A DNA stretch of 64,000 bases from Deltaproteobacteria bacterium (lineage in GTDB: Bacteria > Desulfobacterota_D > UBA1144 > Nemesobacterales > CSP1-2), in NCBI GenBank assembly GCA_052390235.1, contig JBQTHB010000003.1, forward strand, positions 160,001 to 224,000, read 5' to 3'. This document shows positions 57,570-64,000 of this stretch, in pieces. The notes below the pieces were generated by a model. That model was not told the origin of the DNA, ran no database searches, and was given only the letters and a program-made list of their open reading frames with translations. Position 1 is the stretch's first letter. Each line of letters starts with the position of its first letter. The position numbers were made by a program, and so were the translations under genes.

Positions 57570-58097
57570 CTACTTTGCAGACCAGAGTATATTGCCGTCC
57601 TTATCGTAGAGAACCACGTCGGGGTTGCCGTCGGAAAGGGTGGCGAGCCTGAGATTATTTCTGCCATCTCTGTTGTGGAAAGCGATAAGGGGGTTCCCGT
57701 CGGGCTTGATGACGACCTCGATTTTGGACGCGCCTGCCCTATCCGAGATGATAATCCCCGCGCTGTCGGGCGAGACGGCGAGCGAGACGGCGTCCCTGCC
57801 CCTGCCATCCGAGAGGGAGACAGTAGGGTTGCCGTCCGGGGCGAGGGAGAGCTTTATCCGCGTCCTGCCGGATTTATCAAACATCGCTAGACGCGGGGTT
57901 TGATTCGCCTGCAAGCCAAGCTCGGCGCGGGGTTTGCCGCGGCTGTCGGTGAGGATAAATTTTTCGGCGGATAAGATTCTCGCCGACTCCTCCGCCGCCA
58001 CTGCGGGCTGAACGCTCGCAGCTCTCACGAAATACGCCCCAATGACCGCTCCCGCAAATGCCGCAATTACCGCGATAATCGCCAGTTTTAAGTTCAT
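57570..58097 (-). CDS. Membrane-anchored/secreted protein with ~23-aa beta repeats
   Basis: N-terminal hydrophobic helix; repeats L.l.D..G+.r..L....DGNP; AGGAGG RBS. Confidence 0.8.
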   Translation of the reverse strand: MNLKLAIIAVIAAFAGAVIGAYFVRAASVQPAVAAEESARILSAEKFILTDSRGKPRAELGLQANQTPRLAMFDKSGRTRIKLSLAPDGNPTVSLSDGRGRDAVSLAVSPDSAGIIISDRAGASKIEVVIKPDGNPLIAFHNRDGRNNLRLATLSDGNPDVVLYDKDGNILWSAK

Positions 58098-58277
58098 TCC
58101 CGCCTCCTCCTTGCGTTTTTGGATAATTATTCACTCGCGGCAATTTCAACGCAAGGGGTTTTGGGCGATGCCAATTTTCGCAAATAGGAAAATTTTTCCA
58201 AAGCCCGCCTCAAAATGTCATTCGTATAGAAGCAGAGACGGCAAACGCCTTATCCAAGATTTCTCGCCCCCGGGCAG

Positions 58278-58380
58278 AGCCTGTAGCGAGCCGAGTCGAA
58301 TTACTCAGGATGTAGTCCATCGAAGCGCTCAGGATATAGGTCAATTCCAAACCCTTCACACCGAGCGGAGTCGAGGTATC
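58278..58380. repeat. Dispersed palindromic element fragments (GAGCGGAGTCGA type)
   Basis: GCGAGCCGAGTCGAA, TCGAAGCGCTCAGG and CACCGAGCGGAGTCGAGGT resemble 491-512. Confidence 0.6.
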
Positions 58381-58394
58381 TCATCTGTGAATCC

Positions 58395-59399
58395 CTAGAG
58401 GATGACGTCGCGCTTCATCGCAAGGAGAAGCCAGAAGAAGAAAATCCCCCCAATCGCCGCCGTAACTATCCCCACAGGGATTTCAACGGGCAGAAGAGCG
58501 GTTCTCGCCACTGCGTCCACACCCGTAAGAAACGCCGCCCCGAGCAAGAACGAGCATGGGAAAATGAGCCGATTATCCACGCCGAGAATCATCCTCAGAA
58601 CGTGGGGAACGATAAGCCCTACAAAACCTATGGGACCCGTAACCGAGACAACCGACGCAACGGCCAGAGAAGTGGCGAAATAAACCGTCTTCTCCACTCG
58701 GCGCACGTTCACCCCAAGCGACGAGGCAACGTCGTCCCCAAGGGCGAACAGGTTCATATCCCTCGTTACCGAAAGCAGAATCACGCACGCAGGAATCGCC
58801 AGCAGAGCCGTTTTCCAGACCGCCTCAATCCCGACAATATCGAGGCTTCCCATTATCCAGCGCATCGTCTGAAGGGACTGCGTAAAATCCGAGAAGAACT
58901 GTATAAAAAGCACGAACGCAGAATAGAGAAAATTCACCACCACGCCGGCAAGCAGAAGCCTCCCAACAGAGACAATCCCCCGCACTTTCGACGCCGAATA
59001 GACGAAAAATATCGTAGCCATCGAAAACACAAACGACAGAAACGCAACCGGCGAAAATCCCAAAACCCCCTGAGCGACGCCGAGCCTTATGGCAAGGAGC
59101 GCGCCCAGCGATGCCCCTCCTGAGATTCCGAGGGTAAAGGGCGAGGCAAGGGAATTGCGAAAAAGCGCCTGAAGAGCGGCGCCAGAAATTGCAAGCGTCC
59201 CGCCGGCTAGGGTCGCCATGAGGATTCTTGGGATTCGGATTTCGAGATAGACCGTCTTCGAGAGGGCATCGCCCGCGAATAGGGCGCCCGCGAGGCTCGC
59301 ATCGAACGCGCCGGCAAAGAGACTCGCCCCAGCCGTAGCGAGCCACAGGAGGGTGAGGGCAAGGAGCGAGAGGGTGAGTTTTTTCTTAATATTTGGCAT
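58395..59399 (-). CDS. FecCD/BtuC family ABC permease
   Basis: RIPR, QALFRNSLASP..LGISGGA, LGDDVASSLGVN, IGFVGLIVPH, EIPVG. Confidence 0.93.
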   Translation of the reverse strand: MPNIKKKLTLSLLALTLLWLATAGASLFAGAFDASLAGALFAGDALSKTVYLEIRIPRILMATLAGGTLAISGAALQALFRNSLASPFTLGISGGASLGALLAIRLGVAQGVLGFSPVAFLSFVFSMATIFFVYSASKVRGIVSVGRLLLAGVVVNFLYSAFVLFIQFFSDFTQSLQTMRWIMGSLDIVGIEAVWKTALLAIPACVILLSVTRDMNLFALGDDVASSLGVNVRRVEKTVYFATSLAVASVVSVTGPIGFVGLIVPHVLRMILGVDNRLIFPCSFLLGAAFLTGVDAVARTALLPVEIPVGIVTAAIGGIFFFWLLLAMKRDVIL

Positions 59400-59401
59400 T
59401 T

Positions 59402-60172
59402 TTAGTCCGCAGGAATGATGAAAAACCGCTCGCCTTCCCTTTTTACCTTGACCCTGATTTCATAGAGCGCCGATAGGGTATCCTCCCTCAGCACATCAGC
59501 CGGCGCTCCTTCGGCGAATACCAATCCCGATTTGAGCATCAGGATTTTATCAAACTCATACATTGCCGAGAAAATGTCGTGAGTCGCCGCAACGACCGAA
59601 ATCCCTTCGCGCTTGAGTGTTTTGAGGAGTCTCATTATCTCGGTCTTGTGCTTGGGGTCTAGGAACGTCGAAGGCTCGTCGAGTATCATCGCCCTTGGCT
59701 CTTGGGCTAGGGCGCGGGCTAGGGAGACGAGTTGTCTCTCGCCGCCGGAAATCTCCGTAACGAGCCGGTCTCGCAGATGCAGGATTCCCACGGTCTCCAG
59801 AGCGCGGGAGGCGATGCGAAAATCCCCCTCGCTCTCGAATTCAAATCTGCCGACATAGGGCGCGCGCCCCATTAAAACCACCTCGCCCACGGTGAAAGCG
59901 AAGGCGAAGGCGGAGGTCTGAGGGACGTAGGCGATGGATTTGGCAACCTCTCGCCTGCCGGTAATTCGGGCTTCCCTGCCGCCGTAGTAGAGCGTGCCTG
60001 CGGTGGGATTGAGTAGCCCGGAGAGGATTTTAAGCAGAGTGGATTTGCCCGCTCCGTTCGCTCCGAGAACCCCTATGACCTCTCCGCGCCTGGCGGCGAG
60101 GCTCACGCCTTCGAGCGCCCGCACTCCGCCGTAGCCAAAGTCAATTTTATCAGCCCTGATGATCTCTTCCAT
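59402..60172 (-). CDS. Cobalamin/iron-chelate ABC ATP-binding protein (BtuD/FepC-like)
   Basis: GANGAGKST, ISGGERQ, ILDEP, ATHD. Confidence 0.93.
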   Translation of the reverse strand: MEEIIRADKIDFGYGGVRALEGVSLAARRGEVIGVLGANGAGKSTLLKILSGLLNPTAGTLYYGGREARITGRREVAKSIAYVPQTSAFAFAFTVGEVVLMGRAPYVGRFEFESEGDFRIASRALETVGILHLRDRLVTEISGGERQLVSLARALAQEPRAMILDEPSTFLDPKHKTEIMRLLKTLKREGISVVAATHDIFSAMYEFDKILMLKSGLVFAEGAPADVLREDTLSALYEIRVKVKREGERFFIIPAD

Positions 60173-60190
60173 GTAATAGGCAAAAAGGGG

Positions 60191-60230
60191 AGTTTTTAGT
60201 AGCCAGTTTTTAGTGGCCAGTTTTTAGTCT
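60191..60230. repeat. 14-bp direct repeat, about 2.9 copies
   Basis: AGTTTTTAGTAGCC / AGTTTTTAGTGGCC / AGTTTTTAGTCT. Confidence 0.85.
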
Positions 60231-60300
60231 AAAGCTAGAAACCAATAATTTTTCCACTCGCTGAAGTTCCCCGCAATTCTCGCGGCAGGGGAAATTGCTA

Positions 60301-61233
60301 CTATCGCTTTTTCGTCGTCTGGATCTCGCCGCCGGATTTATCGCCAGCTTCGGGATGCAGAATCTCAGCCAACATCCTCGCCCCTTCGGTAATTCTCTGG
60401 CTCGGATGCAGCAGTGAGGCGCTTCGGACGACGTGGACGCGCCCGTTTTTTACGGCGGCAACCTGCGTAAGGGCGCTCCATACGGCTACGACCTCGGCGG
60501 TTTTATCGGGCTTCTCGTGGTTGACCTCTATTATAAAATCGGGGTTTAGAGATAGCGCCGACTCCCTCGAAATTTTGACGGCAAGCGCCTTGGTCTCGAT
60601 GACGTTCCTCCCCCCCGCAATGGTGATAAGCTCGTCAATATAGCTCCCCCTGCCGATGACATAAATATCCTCAAGCGTTCCCGGATTCCTCCCGACGACA
60701 AAAAGCGCTCGGCGCGGCTTCCTATTTAATACCGCCGCCCTGACCGCTTCGATTTCTTCTTCCACGCTCCGGGCAAGGGCTAGGGCCTGTCGCTCTCGTC
60801 CCAGAGCGCGCCCTATAGCGAGAATCGAGTCGAGAATATCTCGAACTGAGTCGTTCCCCTCGACCGACAGAGTGTTGAGGCGAATCCTCCTGAGCTTATC
60901 GCCGAAAATTTGATTCTGCGTGTCTGTCATCACGACCAAATCGGGTTTCAGGGCAAATATCGCCTCGATGTTCGGGTCAACCCATCCGCCTACTTTGGGT
61001 AGTGTTGCCGCCTCCGGGGGGAAATCCGCGTATAGAGTAACGCCGACGACCCTCGCCCACGCGCCTACGCCATAGATTATCTCAGTCGTGCTTGGCGAAA
61101 GCGATACGATTCGCTTCGGGAAATCCACCGCCTCAGACGGACTCAGCAATAAAATCAGACACGCCACAGTTGCGGCGAAAATCCCCTTTCGATACGGGCA
61201 ATGAGCGGTATTGGAATATCGGCTATGAATCAT
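60301..61233 (-). CDS. BtuF-like periplasmic binding protein
   Basis: Signal-like segment, RIVSLSPSTTEII, VGVT...FPPEA, NIEAI..LKPDLV, AVKNGRV; true start may be internal. Confidence 0.88.
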   Translation of the reverse strand: MIHSRYSNTAHCPYRKGIFAATVACLILLLSPSEAVDFPKRIVSLSPSTTEIIYGVGAWARVVGVTLYADFPPEAATLPKVGGWVDPNIEAIFALKPDLVVMTDTQNQIFGDKLRRIRLNTLSVEGNDSVRDILDSILAIGRALGRERQALALARSVEEEIEAVRAAVLNRKPRRALFVVGRNPGTLEDIYVIGRGSYIDELITIAGGRNVIETKALAVKISRESALSLNPDFIIEVNHEKPDKTAEVVAVWSALTQVAAVKNGRVHVVRSASLLHPSQRITEGARMLAEILHPEAGDKSGGEIQTTKKR

Positions 61234-62174
61234 CCGAGCGATGCCTCAAGGTGCATATAATTTCTCAGATTAATCACGGCGTTGGCAGGGAGGTCATAAG
61301 AGGAGAGCTCGGGGTGGATGATTTTGCTCAGAATCCCAAGCCCGTCAACCACTCTTGGTCCCGGTCTTGAGAAATATGAATTGGCGTCAACCAGATAGAC
61401 ATGACCCCGTCTTACGGCAGGAAGCCTGTGCCAAACGGGGTTTGAGGTGAGGGTGTCTATCTCGGCAAGCGTCTTTTCGATGTCAAACCCGCACGGCATG
61501 ACGACTATCATCTGAGGGGCATATTCCAGAACCTGCTCCCAGGTGATTTTATAGGACGGCTTCGAGGCGACGGCGAGTCCGCACTCGCCGCCTGCAATTT
61601 GTATCATCTCCGGCACCCAATGCCCGCCGACGTAGAGCGGACAAAGCCACTCTATTGCAAGAACGCGGGGGCGGTCTCTCTCGTCGGCAAAAGTGGATTT
61701 CACACGCCCGATTTTTGAGCGGAGGTCGGATACGAGTTCCCCAGCCTTTGCCGCTTTTCCCGTGGCATCCCCTACGGCGATAATCGAAGCTAGGATTTCG
61801 TCCAGATTCCGAGGCTCGAGGGATAAAATCCGAGGCTCTGCGCCGAGAACCGCCGCCGCGCCCCTTACGGCATCGCCTGAAACGGCGCATACCTCGCACA
61901 GCCCCTGAGTGATTATTAGGTCGGGCGAGGCTTCCCTCAGAGCGTCTTCTTGGACTATGTAGGTACTTTTGCCGGCTTTGTAGTTCTCGGCGACGATTCT
62001 GTCAATCTCCGCGCTCCGAAGCTCTTCGGGGCTTATGAGGCTTCCAATCACCCTCGATTTGGCGGCGGCTTCAGGCGGGAAATCGCACTCATGCGTAACC
62101 CCGACTAGGCTCTCGCCAAGCCCAAGGGCATAGAGGATTTCCGTCGCGCTTGGAAGAAACGAACATATTCTCAT
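61230..62174 (-). CDS. BtuF-related Cys-rich binding-fold protein without signal peptide
   Basis: MRICSFLPSATEI, VGVTHECD, TQGLCEVC, EW..P...GHWVPEM, PCGF, FSRPGPR. Confidence 0.88.
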   Translation of the reverse strand: MRICSFLPSATEILYALGLGESLVGVTHECDFPPEAAAKSRVIGSLISPEELRSAEIDRIVAENYKAGKSTYIVQEDALREASPDLIITQGLCEVCAVSGDAVRGAAAVLGAEPRILSLEPRNLDEILASIIAVGDATGKAAKAGELVSDLRSKIGRVKSTFADERDRPRVLAIEWLCPLYVGGHWVPEMIQIAGGECGLAVASKPSYKITWEQVLEYAPQMIVVMPCGFDIEKTLAEIDTLTSNPVWHRLPAVRRGHVYLVDANSYFSRPGPRVVDGLGILSKIIHPELSSYDLPANAVINLRNYMHLEASLG

Positions 62175-62264
62175 AGTTTTGAACCTCCCCTTATTTTAGA
62201 GGAAGATAATATCAGAAAAGCCGTGGTTATGTGGATACCGGCAGCGGCTTAAGACCACTAAAAA

Positions 62265-64000
62265 CTATATCCCAAACGACACGCCCGCGATAAAATTGAA
62301 CTCCGGTGCGGTGAATCCGAACACCTCTTCGTAGCTCTCGCCAAGCACGTTCTGCGCCCTTATGAAAACCATCGGCTTGCGGAGATAGTAGAGCGTAGGC
62401 GCAATTTCATAGGAAGCGGCGGCATCGAGCCTAAAATAGCTATCGAGCGCAACCCTGCTCGAGGGGAAATCTCTGAAGTCTAGGTCTTCCCTCCTGCCGA
62501 TGAAAGTCCCGTTGAGGTTTAAGTTAAGCCCGCCGCACAGATAATTCGCCCCAACCGAGAACGTGTGCTTCGGTCTTCTAACCAGCTCGCCGCCGTTGAA
62601 AAAATCCGCTCCCGGCGCGCCAACCCCGCCGTCGTCCGTAACCTCGGTGTCGAGATACGCATAATTCGCCCGTAGCACGAGTCCGTCGAGGGGTCTTAGA
62701 GCGGCGCCAACCTCTACGCCCTTCGCCTCGGCTTCTTGAATATTTTCGTAGCTCGTGCCATTGGGAAACCCGGCGAAGCTAAACGCGATGAGGTTCTCGA
62801 ATTCGTTCCAAAACACCGTTGCGTTCAGCTCCAGCATCCCCCCGAATAGATTTTGGTCAACGCCCGCTTCCCAGCTTATGGACTCCTCAGGGCTGAGGTC
62901 AGGGTTTCCGGTAACGAACTCGCCAAGTCCGAAAATTTCGATAATTGTCGGCTCTTTTATCCCCCGCCCGGCTCCGGCTCTGAGCTTCGTTCCCGTCTCC
63001 CTTAGTAGGTAGGCAATTGACCCGCGCGGGCTAATCTCCGCGCCGAAATTCTCATTATTGTCAACCCTAAGTCCTGCGGTGATGAAAAGCCGCTCGAAGA
63101 ACGCCGCCTGTTTTTGGAAATAGAAGGCGAAATTGTCCCTCGTTTCACTGAATCCCGACGCGCCAAAAGAGCTACTGGAGCTTTGGTCTCCCTCCTCGTT
63201 TTCGTACTCGAAGCCGAGCGTGGCAACCCCTCTAATGTCCTCGGTCAGCCTCAGGGAAACGTTGGTGTGATAGTCGATGGAGAACCTCGTTTCGTCGGTT
63301 TTGGTTGTGCTTGGGCTATCGGAATCGAAAAAGGTAACATCGGGATTCGGATTGTCTCTTGAGAACATATCCCTGTCGTGGATGCCGATGAGAAGCAGAT
63401 GCTCCCACCAGGAGGTCGGCGCGAATGAGATGCTCGCCCCGAGAGTCAAATCATCAACCTCGTTGAATTGGTCGGGGTCTAGCGGGGCGAATTTATCCCC
63501 CAAAAACTCAGTGGGAAACTCCGAGCGGGAATCGTTGTAGCGAGCCGTAAAAAGTATCTCCAAAACGCTGAGAGGAGAGAAGTTGAGCGCGCCTGAGAAG
63601 GTATTATTCGTGAATTCGTTATTGATGCCGAAGATGCCGTTATCGTCAATTCTGCCGTAGGCAAGGGAGTAGCCGTAGCCATTGCCGCCGCCCCGAACAG
63701 ACGCCCCGTACTCCTGCTGGAGATTGCCGCCTGATTCCTTGCGCGCTCCCAAAGCCGCCGACACGCCTAAAGAGGGTTTTCCACTGCCGCGCTTGGTGAT
63801 GATATTTATGACCGAGGTTACGGCATCCGAGCCGTAAATCGCCGAGTGAGGGCCTTTGACAATCTCGATTTTCTCAACGTTGTCTAGGGTGAGGCGCGAG
63901 AAATCGAAACTGCCGCCGATATCGTTTACCTGGACGCCGTCAATGAGAACGAGGTTGAAATTGCTCTCGCCGCCCCTCGCGAAAAGCGAGGTCAACGAGC
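62265..64000 (-). CDS. TonB-dependent outer membrane receptor, BtuB-like (5' end outside window)
   Basis: SLFARGGESN..LVLIDG, IEIVKGP.SAIYGSDA...VINIITK plug motifs; GNPDL.PE, RRP, terminal beta strand; neighbours are btu-like ABC genes. Confidence 0.9.
   Translation of the reverse strand, partial: SLTSLFARGGESNFNLVLIDGVQVNDIGGSFDFSRLTLDNVEKIEIVKGPHSAIYGSDAVTSVINIITKRGSGKPSLGVSAALGARKESGGNLQQEYGASVRGGGNGYGYSLAYGRIDDNGIFGINNEFTNNTFSGALNFSPLSVLEILFTARYNDSRSEFPTEFLGDKFAPLDPDQFNEVDDLTLGASISFAPTSWWEHLLLIGIHDRDMFSRDNPNPDVTFFDSDSPSTTKTDETRFSIDYHTNVSLRLTEDIRGVATLGFEYENEEGDQSSSSSFGASGFSETRDNFAFYFQKQAAFFERLFITAGLRVDNNENFGAEISPRGSIAYLLRETGTKLRAGAGRGIKEPTIIEIFGLGEFVTGNPDLSPEESISWEAGVDQNLFGGMLELNATVFWNEFENLIAFSFAGFPNGTSYENIQEAEAKGVEVGAALRPLDGLVLRANYAYLDTEVTDDGGVGAPGADFFNGGELVRRPKHTFSVGANYLCGGLNLNLNGTFIGRREDLDFRDFPSSRVALDSYFRLDAAASYEIAPTLYYLRKPMVFIRAQNVLGESYEEVFGFTAPEFNFIAGVSFGI

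Noticed and set aside
57509..57808. 148-aa version of the PEP-CTERM ORF
   Set aside because: Its N-terminal part overlaps the real 57570-58097 gene out of frame and has no signal peptide

Overview
A gene-dense 64 kb chromosomal segment from a Gram-negative bacterium. The split F0 atp operon, Pal/CpoB, CarD and a PEP-CTERM remnant suggest a deltaproteobacterium-like lineage (Desulfobacterota/Dadabacteria; inference only). Most genes are housekeeping: lgt, ktrAB, ribF, aroE, pfk, queG, miaB, pheS, thiD, folD, maf-yggS-proC-yggT, atpZIBE, hemL, carD, glnE, fabH and a btu-like uptake locus. I found no rRNA, tRNA, CRISPR array, prophage or transposase. The most notable locus is 51.0-57.3 kb, a compact Ser/Thr phospho-signalling cluster. 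It encodes a trypsin-like protease joined across one membrane helix to an FHA domain, a Hanks kinase, a lipoprotein, a Zn-ribbon protein with a degenerate FHA, and a membrane PP2C. Directly upstream is a membrane-anchored protein with five ~62-aa Thr/Ser/Pro-rich repeats. Other points of interest: a small secreted precursor-like peptide with a strong promoter (7.4 kb); three intact ORFs that have lost catalytic residues (a hybrid histidine kinase under a consensus sigma54 promoter, a KdsC-like protein, an M3 peptidase-like protein); repeated leaderless-type promoters; an atpZ with no canonical start codon; twin Pal-like paralogues flanking cpoB; and dispersed palindromic repeats. All calls come from reading motifs by eye; no database searches were run.
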